This document shows, piece after piece, positions 22,280 through 31,715 of a DNA stretch of 64,000 bases (the stretch's first letter is position 1; the number at the start of each line of letters is the position of its first letter). Source of the DNA: Candidatus Multivorans sp. (lineage in GTDB: Bacteria; Acidobacteriota; Thermoanaerobaculia; Multivoradales; Multivoraceae). Where the stretch lies: the NCBI GenBank assembly GCA_965247095.1, contig OZ251997.1, positions 4,128,001 through 4,192,000 on the forward strand, given 5' to 3'. The position numbers and the translations under genes were made by a program. The notes under the pieces are model-generated. The model ran no database searches. It was not told the origin of the DNA and saw only the letters and a program-made list of their open reading frames with translations.

Positions 22280-23138
22280 CCACGGCTACAGAGGCTACGG
22301 CGGGCCCCTGATGCCGGCGCGTAGCCGGTTCCTCGTCATCAGCCGGTACGGACTGCGCGACGTGTTCGCTTCGCGGTTGTTCCTGGCGTTCTTCGCCTTC
22401 TGCTTCGCCTGGCCTCTGCTTCTGCTGGTGGCCATGTACCTGCGCTACAACGCGGAGGCGCTGGCCCTCACGAACATCAGCGCGACCGACCTGCTGGAGT
22501 TCGTCGAGGTCAACACCTGGTTCTTCCAGAGCCTGTTCCTGCGCTCTCAGTTGTACCTGGCGTTCGTCGTCGTCCTGATCGTTGGGCCGTCGCTGTTGTC
22601 GGCGGATCTGCGCAACCGGGCCATGCCGCTCTATCTCTCGCGTCCGCTGACGCGGACCGACTACGTGCTGGGCAAGTTCCTGGTCCTGGCGTTCCTGATC
22701 TCCGCGATCACCTGGGTGCCGGGGCTGCTCTTGTTCGCCATCCAGGCCTCCCTCGGCGGGAGCGAGTGGTTGCAGGAGCACTGGAGAGTGGCGCCGTCCC
22801 TGGTCGTCGTGTCGGCGGTGTGGACGGTCTGCATGTCGCTGCCCATGCTGGCCATCGCCGCCTGGGTGAAGTGGAAGCCCTGGGCGCGGATCGTGTTCAT
22901 GGGCGCCATCCTGACCGGCGCCGCCTTCGGCTCGTTCTACAGGGAGTTCTACGACTCGTGGTGGGGCAGCATGGTGGTGGCGTTCGACGTGACCGCCGCG
23001 CTCTCCGCCTCCGTGTTCGGCACCGAAGGGAACGTCCAGATGCCGGCCGCGGCCGCGTGGTTGGCTGCGGCCGGGCTGGCCGCGTTGTCGGCGGCGTTGC
23101 TCTACCGGCGGGTGCGTGCCTTCGAGGTCGTCTCGTGA
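22266..23138 (+). CDS. ABC-2 exporter permease
   Basis: Multiple TMs; [16 protein letters not shown]. Confidence 0.88.
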   Translation: MAVYDHGYRGYGGPLMPARSRFLVISRYGLRDVFASRLFLAFFAFCFAWPLLLLVAMYLRYNAEALALTNISATDLLEFVEVNTWFFQSLFLRSQLYLAFVVVLIVGPSLLSADLRNRAMPLYLSRPLTRTDYVLGKFLVLAFLISAITWVPGLLLFAIQASLGGSEWLQEHWRVAPSLVVVSAVWTVCMSLPMLAIAAWVKWKPWARIVFMGAILTGAAFGSFYREFYDSWWGSMVVAFDVTAALSASVFGTEGNVQMPAAAAWLAAAGLAALSAALLYRRVRAFEVVS

Positions 23139-24103
23139 GCCGTAACGCCCCAGGCGATCGCAACATCGTCCTGCGCGATGTCTCGAAGTTCTACGGCGAC
23201 GTGCTGGGCGTCAACCGGGTCGACCTGGTGATCGAGCCCGGGATCACCAGCCTGGTGGGGCCGAACGGCTCGGGCAAGAGCACTCTGATGAACCTGCTCG
23301 CGGGCTTGCTGCGGCCGACCCGGGGCGAGATCAGCATTCTCGGCGTGCCGCTCGGCCGACCGCAGGACCTGTTCCGGCACTTCGGCTACTGCACGCAGTA
23401 CGACTCCTTCCCGCGGGGCGTGACCGGCTGGCAGTTCGTGTTCTCCTACCTGCTGCTTCACGGCCTGGACCGCAACGAAGCCGAGCGGCTCACGGCGCGA
23501 GCGCTGGAGCGGGTCGGACTGGTCGACTCGGCGCACCGCCGGATCGCCGGCTACAGCAAGGGCATGCGGCAGCGGATCAAGCTGGCCCAGGCGATCGCGC
23601 ACGAGCCCCAGGTCATGGTGCTCGACGAGCCGCTCAACGGCCTCGATCCGATGGTGCGCGCCGAGACGATCGAACTGTTCCGTCGACTGGCGCGCGAAGG
23701 CCAGCACGTGCTCATCTCGAGCCACATCCTGCACGAGGTCGACCTGCTCTCGGACCGCGTGATCCTGATCTCGAACGGCTACATCGTGGCGGAAGGCGAA
23801 GTGCCCGGCATGCGGGCCGAGGTCGAGGAGGTCCGCGAACGGCCGATGCAGGTCTTTGTGCGCTGCAACCGTCCGCAGTGGCTCGCCGGCCGCGCCTTCG
23901 AGCTCGACCACGTCACCGAGGTCCAGCTCCACGACGACGGGAACGGCCTCCACCTGCGCACGCGCGACGCGGACCGCTTCCTGCGCCTGGTCGGTCAACT
24001 GGTCGCCGAGGGCGGCGTCGAAGTCGAGGCGGTGGGCCCCGCGGACAGCGACCTGCAGGCCGTTTACCGCTACCTGATGACCGACGAGGAGGAACCGTCG
24101 TGA
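23135..24103 (+). CDS. ABC-2 exporter ATP-binding subunit
   Basis: [25 protein letters not shown]; GTG overlaps upstream stop. Confidence 0.93.
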   Translation: MSRNAPGDRNIVLRDVSKFYGDVLGVNRVDLVIEPGITSLVGPNGSGKSTLMNLLAGLLRPTRGEISILGVPLGRPQDLFRHFGYCTQYDSFPRGVTGWQFVFSYLLLHGLDRNEAERLTARALERVGLVDSAHRRIAGYSKGMRQRIKLAQAIAHEPQVMVLDEPLNGLDPMVRAETIELFRRLAREGQHVLISSHILHEVDLLSDRVILISNGYIVAEGEVPGMRAEVEEVRERPMQVFVRCNRPQWLAGRAFELDHVTEVQLHDDGNGLHLRTRDADRFLRLVGQLVAEGGVEVEAVGPADSDLQAVYRYLMTDEEEPS

Positions 24104-24954
24104 CCGTGGCGCCTGAGACTGCACCCCGCGCGGGCGTCGACTGGAAGCGCCTCGGCCGGCAGATCGGCGGCCTCGTGCGCCTGGAACTGCGCCGGCTGCT
24201 GCTAACCCGCCGGTCGGTGATCCTGGGGCTGGCCGCGCTGGTGCCGGCGGGGATCGTTCTGCTGGTCGGCTCGATTCCCATCGACGGGCAGACGGTGCTG
24301 GAGCGGTTCGGCAATCGCACGGTGTACGAGACCATCTTCGAGACCGTCTTCCTCGGCGCGATCCTGTTCTTCGGTTGCCTGTACGTGTTCTTCAACCTGT
24401 TCCGCGGCGAGATCCTCGAGCGCAGCCTCCACTACCTGCTGCTGACGCCGCTTCGCCGCGAGGTCGTGGTGGTGGCGAAGTACGTCGCCGCGTTGACTGC
24501 CGTGGCGGCGCTGTTCATGGCCAGCACGGTTCTCAGCTACCTGTTGATCTACCTGCCGGTGGGTATCTCGGGCGCCGTCGACGATCTGACAGCCGGCCCG
24601 GGCGGCGCGCATCTCGTCGCCTACCTCGGCGTCACCCTGCTCGCGTGCATCGGCTACGGCTCTCTGTTCACGCTGATCGGCATGGTGTTCCGGAACCCGA
24701 TCATCCCGGCCGGCGCCCTCTACCTGTGGGAGATGCTGCACTTCCTGCTGCCGCCGGCGCTCAAGAAGCTCAGCGTCATCCACTACCTGAAGGGCCTGCT
24801 GCCCGTGCCCCTTTCCGACGGCCCGTTCGCCGTGGTCGTCGAACCGCCGCCGGTGGCCGTCTCCGTCCTCGGCCTGCTCGCCCTGACCGCCGTCGTCCTG
24901 GCCGTGACCGCCCTGGTCGTCCGCCGCATGGAGATCCGGTACACCGAGGACTGA
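24100..24954 (+). CDS. ABC-2 exporter permease
   Basis: TMs; [17 protein letters not shown]. Confidence 0.88.
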   Translation: MTVAPETAPRAGVDWKRLGRQIGGLVRLELRRLLLTRRSVILGLAALVPAGIVLLVGSIPIDGQTVLERFGNRTVYETIFETVFLGAILFFGCLYVFFNLFRGEILERSLHYLLLTPLRREVVVVAKYVAALTAVAALFMASTVLSYLLIYLPVGISGAVDDLTAGPGGAHLVAYLGVTLLACIGYGSLFTLIGMVFRNPIIPAGALYLWEMLHFLLPPALKKLSVIHYLKGLLPVPLSDGPFAVVVEPPPVAVSVLGLLALTAVVLAVTALVVRRMEIRYTED

Positions 24955-24996
24955 CCGCCGCCCCCCCTGGGAACCCGTGTGGCGCGACATCGCGGA

Positions 24997-25050
24997 TCCT
25001 GGGAACGCGGGCATCCTGCCCGCATCCGGGCGACGCCGCGAAGCGGCGAG
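24997..25050 (+). repeat. REP-like repeat plus second hairpin CGCCGCGAAGCGGCG
   Basis: CCTGGGAACGCGGGCATCCTGCCCGCATCCGGGCGACGCCGCGAAGCGGCGAG; partial head at 24965. Confidence 0.85.
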
Positions 25051-25077
25051 CCCGTCACATCTGCCACCATAGGCCCT

Positions 25078-25503
25078 ATGGCCACGCTCGACATCGGCGG
25101 CCTCGCGATTCCCGAAGCGGCGCTCACCTTCAAGTTCGTCCGCTCCTCCGGCCCGGGCGGACAGAACGTGAACAAGGTCGCGACGGCCGCGCAGTGCCGC
25201 CTCGACCTCGACGCGGCCGGCATCGAAGGCCCGCTGCGCCTTCGCTTGGAGGGCGTGGCCGGCAAGCGTCTCACCGTCGCCGGCGAGATCGTCGTGTCCG
25301 CCGACACCCACCGCACCCAGGCGCGCAACCGAGCCGAGGCGCTCTCGCGGCTCGCTGCGATGATCGAAGAGGCGCGCGTCGAGCCGAGGCCGCGCCGGCC
25401 GACGCGGCCCTCAGCCCGCGCCAAGGCGAAGAGGCTGGAGGCGAAGAGGCATCGCGGCGAGACCAAGAAGCGCCGCGGTGCGGTGGATGCCGGTGAGGAG
25501 TAG
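25078..25503 (+). CDS. arfB: Alternative ribosome rescue peptidyl-tRNA hydrolase ArfB (YaeJ)
   Basis: RSSGPGGQNVNKV, RTQARNR, basic tail RRPTRPS..AK.KRL..KR. Confidence 0.93.
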   Translation: MATLDIGGLAIPEAALTFKFVRSSGPGGQNVNKVATAAQCRLDLDAAGIEGPLRLRLEGVAGKRLTVAGEIVVSADTHRTQARNRAEALSRLAAMIEEARVEPRPRRPTRPSARAKAKRLEAKRHRGETKKRRGAVDAGEE

Positions 25504-25515
25504 AACCCGCCGCGA

Positions 25516-25914
25516 CTACCGCAGCGCCTTCCGGCACGAGACGGTCGTGAACCGCCCGCGGTCCGCGGTCTCCAGGTCGATCTCGATGTCCTGGCCGCGA
25601 GTCAGCTCATCCCACACTGGATGGTCGAGCTGAGGGCAGGCGATCTCGGCGGTCATTCGGTCTCGCTGGCGGCCGGTCATGTTCATCAGGTCGCCGGCGA
25701 ACTCGGGGATCACCTGGACCCGGTGAATGAGACGGTCCACCCGTTCCAGTTCTCGGCCTACCCACACCCGGCTCCAGCCCGGACGCAACCGTGTGGGCGG
25801 GAAGTCCTGACCGTGGCGGTAGACCAGGTCGGCGCTGACGTGGGGCGCCGTGTTGCAGGCCGCGGGCAACAGGACGGCGACGAGCAGCGGCAGGGGTAGA
25901 AGCAAGCGGCGCAT
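25516..25914 (-). CDS. Hypothetical lipoprotein
   Basis: MRRLLLPLPLLVAVLLPAAC lipobox. Confidence 0.65.
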   Translation of the reverse strand: MRRLLLPLPLLVAVLLPAACNTAPHVSADLVYRHGQDFPPTRLRPGWSRVWVGRELERVDRLIHRVQVIPEFAGDLMNMTGRQRDRMTAEIACPQLDHPVWDELTRGQDIEIDLETADRGRFTTVSCRKALR

Positions 25915-25959
25915 AGCGGCGGACAAACTACCGCACTCTGCCGGAACGCGACAGTGCAC

Positions 25960-25990
25960 CCCTGGGCGCGGGCGTCTCGCCCGCATCCGG
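25960..25990 (+). repeat. REP-like palindromic repeat
   Basis: CCCTGGGCGCGGGCGTCTCGCCCGCATCCGG. Confidence 0.85.
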
Positions 25991-26021
25991 CGCTGCGGGC
26001 GCCCAAGGCTATGCTTCGCCG

Positions 26022-27362
26022 ATGAAATCGACAGCGCTCGCAGCAGCGTTGGCGCTTACCCTCGCGGTGCCCGTCGCACAAGCCGACGACTGGCCGCAGT
26101 GGCGCGGCGCCGAACGCCGCGGCGTCTGGCACGAGGAAGGCATCCTCGACCGCTTCCCCGAGGACGGTCTCCGCTTCGTCTGGCGAGCGGCGATCGGCCC
26201 GGGCTACGGCGGCCCGGCGGTGGCCGCCGGCCGCGTGTTCGTGACCGACTTCGAACGGTTGCCCGGGAACCGCGGCCGTGAGCGCCTGGTCGTGCTCGAG
26301 GAGACCACCGGGAAGCAACTCTGGGAGCACTCCTGGGAGACCGACCTCGCCGGTCTCATGCCCGCCTACTCGAACGGCCCGCGGGCCACACCGACCGTCG
26401 ACGGCGACCGCGCCTACGTGCTCGGGTCGGCCGGCTACCTGGCCGCCCTTGCGGTCGAGGACGGCCGCGTGCTCTGGCAGGTCGACCTGGTGGCGGACTA
26501 CGAAGCCCCGGTGCAGCCGTGGGGCTTCGTCGGCGCGCCGCTGGCCGATGGCCGCCAGATCATCACCCTCGTAGGGGCTGAGCCCGACGCCATGGTCGTG
26601 GCCTTCGATCGCGACTCGGGCGAAGAACTCTGGCGGTCGATGGAGGCGCTCAACGAGCCTGGCTACAACCCGCCTGTGATCTACGAACTCGGCGGCCGCC
26701 GGCACCTCATCATCTGGCATCCCAAGGGGATCGCGGGCCTCGACCCGGACGGCGGCGAGGTGCTCTGGCAGTTCCCCTACGAGGTGGAGTACGGGCAGAC
26801 CATCGCGACCCCGATCCAGCAGGGAAACCAGCTCCTTGTGTCGTCCGCGTCGCACGGCTCGACCCTGATCGAGGTCGCCGCCGCGGACCGCGCTTCCGGC
26901 TCGAGCAAGCCGCAGGCCAGGATCGTCTGGCAGGGGAAGAGCGCCAGTAAGCAGGATGTCGACGGCCTGCATGCCTTCAACTCGACGCCTGCCTTCGACG
27001 GCGACACGATCTACGGCATCGGCGGCCTGGGCGCCCTGCGCGCCATCGACCGCGCCACCGGCAAGGAGGTTTGGGCGACCTTCGAACCCAGCGAGGACGC
27101 CCGCATCGCCACCGCGTTCCTGGTCAAGAGCGGCGACCGCTACTTCATCAGCAACGACCGCGGCGAACTGATGATCGCCCTTCTCAGCCGCGACGGCTAC
27201 CACGAGATCGACCGCACCAAGCTGCTCGAGCCAACCACTCGCAGCGCCCGCGTCCGCCGCGAACTGGGCAAGCTGCTCTGGGTCCACCCCGCCTACGCCA
27301 ACGGCCACATCGTGCACCGGAACGACCAGGAGATCGTGCGGGCGTCACTACTGGCGGAGTAG
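26022..27362 (+). CDS. Secreted PQQ-like beta-propeller protein
   Basis: Signal peptide, DWPQWRG, GPRATP, repeated G..LW blades. Confidence 0.88.
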   Translation: MKSTALAAALALTLAVPVAQADDWPQWRGAERRGVWHEEGILDRFPEDGLRFVWRAAIGPGYGGPAVAAGRVFVTDFERLPGNRGRERLVVLEETTGKQLWEHSWETDLAGLMPAYSNGPRATPTVDGDRAYVLGSAGYLAALAVEDGRVLWQVDLVADYEAPVQPWGFVGAPLADGRQIITLVGAEPDAMVVAFDRDSGEELWRSMEALNEPGYNPPVIYELGGRRHLIIWHPKGIAGLDPDGGEVLWQFPYEVEYGQTIATPIQQGNQLLVSSASHGSTLIEVAAADRASGSSKPQARIVWQGKSASKQDVDGLHAFNSTPAFDGDTIYGIGGLGALRAIDRATGKEVWATFEPSEDARIATAFLVKSGDRYFISNDRGELMIALLSRDGYHEIDRTKLLEPTTRSARVRRELGKLLWVHPAYANGHIVHRNDQEIVRASLLAE

Positions 27363-27375
27363 GCACTCTCCGCCA

Positions 27376-27428
27376 CTGGGTGCGCCGGCGCCCCCGCCGG
27401 CATCCGGGCCGAGCCGCGAAGCGGCGAG
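27376..27428 (+). repeat. REP-like variant with compensatory stem plus second hairpin
   Basis: CTGGGTGCGCCGGCGCCCCCGCCGGCATCCGGG..GCCGCGAAGCGGC. Confidence 0.75.
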
Positions 27429-27429
27429 G

Positions 27430-28218
27430 CTACGCCTCCGGCCCGCCGGAGTCCCCCGTAACACCCACCGACCCTGCACCCACCACCATCGCGCCCTCCC
27501 GCCGCCTCCGCCGGGCACGAGACACCGCTAAGGTCACCAATCCCACAACCAGCACCGCCACAGGCATGAATAGGGTCACCGTGGTCATGAGCGACTCGGG
27601 CTCGTCCTCGATCTGCTTCAACCCGTCCCGGGCAAAGTGCAGGAAGAAGATGGCCGTAGCCGGCACGCTGAACCAGGGATCGCGAAGAGTGGCTTCGACA
27701 GGCGACAACGGCTCGACCGCCGTCTGCGCCTCAACCGGTCTGTCCGAGTCATCCTCATCCTTGCTCTTCGAGCCCTTCTTGGAGGCACCTCCGCCGATCA
27801 GACCGAACGCCATGGCCAGCGTCGCGATGCCCAGGGACGCCAGGAACCACACCGCCCGCTCGGTTTGCGGCGGCTCGGCTACCAGATCCAGAACGAACCG
27901 GCTGGCCAGGATGAACACGCAGAAGATCGCCGGGATCTGGTACCACGGGTCGGAGAACAGCGTCGACTCGTGCCACACGGGGCCCGTCGTGGTTGCCGTC
28001 CCTTCGTTGCTCCGCTCGACCCCGGACGGTTTCAGGACGGCCCTCAGGGTTGCCAGAGCCGCTGTTGCCAGAGCCGCTGCGTACGCCATCGAGACGGTGG
28101 ATGTGCGGAGCGCCTCGATGCTCAAGAGGCCGGCGTCCTGACCTACCCAAAAGAGCCCCATCAAGACGGCGAACCTTGCCGACGGCTTGGACTCGTCGTG
28201 CTTGTCCTTTGCGGTCAC
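27430..28218 (-). CDS. Hypothetical multi-pass membrane protein (paralog C)
   Basis: About 6 TMs; LFSDPWYQIP and LRDPWFSVP motifs; similar to 29141-29875. Confidence 0.65.
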   Translation of the reverse strand: MTAKDKHDESKPSARFAVLMGLFWVGQDAGLLSIEALRTSTVSMAYAAALATAALATLRAVLKPSGVERSNEGTATTTGPVWHESTLFSDPWYQIPAIFCVFILASRFVLDLVAEPPQTERAVWFLASLGIATLAMAFGLIGGGASKKGSKSKDEDDSDRPVEAQTAVEPLSPVEATLRDPWFSVPATAIFFLHFARDGLKQIEDEPESLMTTVTLFMPVAVLVVGLVTLAVSRARRRRREGAMVVGAGSVGVTGDSGGPEA

Positions 28219-28294
28219 GATGTCGGCACCGAGTTGCGGTGGCCGGTCAGGCTAACGCATTCCGGCCGAGCCTCGTGTGAGCTAACTTCGGCAC

Positions 28295-28534
28295 ATGCGG
28301 TTGCACATCGTCCTGGACGACGACCTGGTGGCCGAGATCGACCGGCGCGCCGGTCCCAGGCAGCGCAGCGCCTTCATCGCTCAACTGATCCAACGGGGAC
28401 TCGACGACGAGCGGCGCCGGGATGACATCGAAGCGGCGCTCGGCGGCATCTCCGACACCGGCCACGACTGGGACGACGACCCGGCGGAGTGGGTACGGCG
28501 CCAGCGACGCGGCGACCGCCACCGTTCAGGCTGA
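28295..28534 (+). CDS. RHH/CopG-type VapB-like antitoxin
   Basis: MRLHIVLDDDLVAEIDRRAGPRQRSAFI; ends PAEWVRRQR; directly upstream of a PIN ORF. Confidence 0.75.
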   Translation: MRLHIVLDDDLVAEIDRRAGPRQRSAFIAQLIQRGLDDERRRDDIEAALGGISDTGHDWDDDPAEWVRRQRRGDRHRSG

Positions 28535-28536
28535 CC

Positions 28537-29010
28537 TTGGGCCGCCTGCTTCTCGACTCGACCGTGCCCATTGAGGTCCTGCGCGGCCGGCCGGCGGCCG
28601 CGCAGGTGGCGTCCCTCCGGCGCGCCGGAACGGAGCCCTGGGTATGCGTCGTCTCGGTGGATGAAGTGTGGCGCGGGATTCGGCCGGGCGAGGAACTGGT
28701 GGCAAGGAGGCTGTTCAGGGGCCTTTGTCTTGCTCCGTTGGGGAAGGCGCAAGGCATGATGGCCGGACGCTGGCGCCGGGAGTTCGCCGAGAGATCCATC
28801 CTCAGCAAGTCCTTCCTCCGATCGCGTTGGTCTCCTGTACAAGACCAAGCTACCGGCCAAGGGCCGAGGGTGGATCACTTTCCCCGCGATGAGTGGCTCA
28901 GTTTCCGAGCGATGCCTCCATGGAAGCCGTCTGCGCTCTTCGGCTTCTCCGAAGACAGTCCCAGGGAAGCGAAGGTGGCGGCCAGCATCAGGACGAGACA
29001 AGCCGCGTAG
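28537..29010 (+). pseudogene. Degenerate VapC/PIN toxin
   Basis: LLDSTV.IEVLRG, VSVDEV..G present; C-terminal D..IAA / T.N..DF motifs absent; tail overlaps opposite-strand ORF. Confidence 0.6.
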
Positions 29011-29144
29011 GCCATCGCCGCCGCGGAGGTGCGGATCGCTTCGAGGGTGAGTACATCCCCCATGAGGGCCGCCATGCCGAGCAGGACGACCAGCGCGAAC
29101 CTGGTCCAGGGAGCGGACTCGTGGTGCTCGTTGGCGGACTTCAT
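28875..29144 (-). pseudogene. Truncated membrane protein (paralog B, N-terminal two TMs only)
   Basis: LTLEAIRTSAAAMAYAACL matches LSIEALRTSTVSMAYAAAL of paralog C. Confidence 0.55.
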
Positions 29145-29875
29145 GACGTCGATTCCGACTTGCGGCGGGAGCTCTGAATCAAGGAGACAATCGCGATGAT
29201 GACTAGTGCGGCCCCCATGACGTAGAAGATCCAGGCCACGATCGAAGACGGTTCTTCGTCGATGCGCACGACTCCTGCGTGAGCGCCCGAGAGCAACAGA
29301 AAGGCGAAGAGCGGCACCCGGAATCCGCGGTCGGAAAGGGGCCCTGTCCGCGGCCACTCGGCCCCAGGCCTGCCAGGTGCGCCCAGGCGCGCGCTGCCGT
29401 CCCGGCGGGCTCGATTCCCAAGCCACTGGATCGCTCCCGCGAGCGCGACGAGAACGAGCGAGGCCAGGAACCACCTCGCCCTGGTCGACTCTGGCGGCTC
29501 GGCTACCAGATTGGAGACGAATCCCATCCCAGCGAGGAGCATGCAGGAGACCGCCGGAACCTCGTACCAGGGCTCACTGAACAGGCCGTACCCGCGCCTT
29601 GCGGAGACTGCATTCGGGTCTGCTGCAGTGGGCGCCGGTTCGTTCGTGAAGTTCCTCCAGAAGAGCACCAGGGAACCGGCCATGACGAGGAGCGCTCCAA
29701 GGTACGCCGTTGTCACGACCGATGTGCCTGGATTCTCGAAAGAGAGCAGGTCCGCGTACGCGGCCCGGTTGAAGAGGACCAGGATCAGGAGAGCGCGTCC
29801 CATCAGGCCGAGTGCGCGGTTCTTCTCTGGGCCTTCATCGACCCTGCTGCGATCTGCGTCGATCAAGTCGGTCAC
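29141..29875 (-). CDS. Hypothetical multi-pass membrane protein (paralog A); start uncertain
   Basis: LFSEPWYEVP, LVAEPPESTRARWFLASL, IDEEPSS match paralog C. Confidence 0.65.
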   Translation of the reverse strand: MTDLIDADRSRVDEGPEKNRALGLMGRALLILVLFNRAAYADLLSFENPGTSVVTTAYLGALLVMAGSLVLFWRNFTNEPAPTAADPNAVSARRGYGLFSEPWYEVPAVSCMLLAGMGFVSNLVAEPPESTRARWFLASLVLVALAGAIQWLGNRARRDGSARLGAPGRPGAEWPRTGPLSDRGFRVPLFAFLLLSGAHAGVVRIDEEPSSIVAWIFYVMGAALVIIAIVSLIQSSRRKSESTS

Positions 29876-29916
29876 CGCGAACGGGTTGAGTGGCTCGGAG
29901 CTTCCACGTAGAAAGA

Positions 29917-30840
29917 CTACTTGCCGCCCGTATCTCGGGGCGACCCCCGAAACACCTCCCGGCGGTGCCAATCGATGAAGTCGGCGTTGGGACGCTGCTC
30001 GGCGCGTTGAGGGTGCCGGATCGGCCGACCGCTGCAATCCAGGAGTTGCCGGAAGGCTCGGCTCTGGCCGTTCACGGCGTCGGACACAAGCAGCCGGAAG
30101 CCATGGGCCGCACGTTCGAGACCGATCGCGCCGCGGTCGAAGGTCCGGTGGTGCAGGATGCAAAGCGCCAGCCCGTTGCGCACGTCGTCAGGTCCGCCGT
30201 AGGCGTGCCAACGGATGTGGGCCGCGTCAAGAGCTACCAAGTCGTCTTCGAGCCTGATGTCGAAGTCACAGACGGCGCATCGCCGCTCGTACGCTGTCAG
30301 GACGGCGTTGCGGAATTTCGGGTCGCGGGGCGTTCGTGCTCCTGACGAAACGCCCCTTTCGGCAGGTCGGGTTAGGCCGACGGCGCCGCGGATGGACTCG
30401 TGAAGCGAAGGTGCAAAGTGGCCATCAAGAAGCCTCTGCGAGGCTTGCGCGACGAGTTCCGGATCGTCGAGCAGGATCCGCTGGATCGGATCGGGGAAGC
30501 CGCCGCACGCTGCGTGGTCGATGAGCTTTCGATGGGTGACGCCGCCTCTGCCTCGGAGGGAAGCCAGCTCGGTGTCGGTGACGACCTCCCAGAGCCCGTC
30601 TCGAGACAACCGATCGAAGGGAGCTTCAGGATGGTGAACCGACCGAGGCGGACCGAAGTGTCGGAGCAGATCGGTCAGCGGTTTGCTGACGTCGGGGTCG
30701 TAGCGGGCTAGTCTCTTCTCGCCTCGTTGCAGCCGACCCAACGCAAGGAGCAGCAGTAGCGGTTTGTGCGGCGCTCGTTTGCCGTGCTGCTTCCAGGTGT
30801 TGATTTGGTCCAGAAGGCTGAGGAACTTTCCTTGATCCAT
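29917..30840 (-). CDS. SBD-HNH modification-dependent (type IV-like) restriction endonuclease
   Basis: RAPHKPLLLL, P.F.RL..DGLW; RDPKFRNAVL.AY..RCAVC, LDAAHIRW, NGLALCILHH..FDRG. Confidence 0.82.
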   Translation of the reverse strand: MDQGKFLSLLDQINTWKQHGKRAPHKPLLLLLALGRLQRGEKRLARYDPDVSKPLTDLLRHFGPPRSVHHPEAPFDRLSRDGLWEVVTDTELASLRGRGGVTHRKLIDHAACGGFPDPIQRILLDDPELVAQASQRLLDGHFAPSLHESIRGAVGLTRPAERGVSSGARTPRDPKFRNAVLTAYERRCAVCDFDIRLEDDLVALDAAHIRWHAYGGPDDVRNGLALCILHHRTFDRGAIGLERAAHGFRLLVSDAVNGQSRAFRQLLDCSGRPIRHPQRAEQRPNADFIDWHRREVFRGSPRDTGGK

Positions 30841-30899
30841 TTCTGCGTTGGTGGACGGTGTACGGCTGCCCACTCGAGAGAGACTGTAGGCGCTTGTGC

Positions 30900-31631
30900 C
30901 TACCGCCGCCGACACACAAACAGCTCGTACTCGCCCGGCTCGATCTCCGAATGGTCGCAGGGCACGGCCTCTGCCTCGAAGCCGACTTCGGCGAGCAGGC
31001 GCAGCCACTCGGCGCGGGGGAACAGAGCGGTGATGTGGCGGTCGTGCACGACCTCGACGCTGCCGTCGGCGGAGCGGAGCACGAACGCGTAGTCGGTGGT
31101 GATCGTGGTGTCCGTGGGGTCCGGGTCGAACGAGCACTCGAGGTAGTGGGCGCTCTTGTCTTCTCCGTCGCAACCGCCGCAGTCGGTGCTGGGCTGGTAG
31201 TTCTCGCGCAGGTGGTCGGGGGCGAAGAGGGCGGCGCCGCCGGGTCGGCAGTGGAGGTAGGCGGTTTCGATCGCGGCGCGCAGGTCCTCGAGCGTGGTCA
31301 TGTAGTCCACGGCGTCGTGGATGAAGACGCAGTCGAAGGTCTGGTCGAGGCGGACGGTGCGCATGTCGCCCTGGATGTGCCGGCATTCGGGATTGAGCTG
31401 CCGGCTCATGGCCAGCATCCCCGGTGAGAGGTCGACCAGGGTCATCTCGAAGTGCGCCTTGAGGTGGGAGGCGTTGTGGCCGCCGCCGCTGCCGAGTTCG
31501 AGGATGGTTTGAGGGCTGCCGTCGCAGGCTTCGACCAGGTGCCGGCGATAGATGCCGGCTTCTTCTTCGTACTCCTCGGGCGGTGAGATCAGGGGCCACC
31601 AGGGGGCGATCTCGTTGTAGAGCTTGGGCAT
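30900..31631 (-). CDS. Class I SAM-dependent methyltransferase
   Basis: ILELGSGGG, LVDLSPGML, GDMR, FDCVFIHDAVDY. Confidence 0.9.
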   Translation of the reverse strand: MPKLYNEIAPWWPLISPPEEYEEEAGIYRRHLVEACDGSPQTILELGSGGGHNASHLKAHFEMTLVDLSPGMLAMSRQLNPECRHIQGDMRTVRLDQTFDCVFIHDAVDYMTTLEDLRAAIETAYLHCRPGGAALFAPDHLRENYQPSTDCGGCDGEDKSAHYLECSFDPDPTDTTITTDYAFVLRSADGSVEVVHDRHITALFPRAEWLRLLAEVGFEAEAVPCDHSEIEPGEYELFVCRRR

Positions 31632-31650
31632 GGTGGCGGGGAGGATATGA

Positions 31651-31705
31651 GCTCGCCGCTTCGCGGCGTCGCGCGGATGCGGGCGAGACGCCCGCGCTCC
31701 CAGGG
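31651..31705 (-). repeat. REP-like repeat plus second hairpin
   Basis: Reverse complement CCCTGGGAGCGCGGGCGTCTCGCCCGCATCCGCGCGACGCCGCGAAGCGGCGAGC. Confidence 0.85.
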
Positions 31706-31715
31706 CAGCCCTTGG

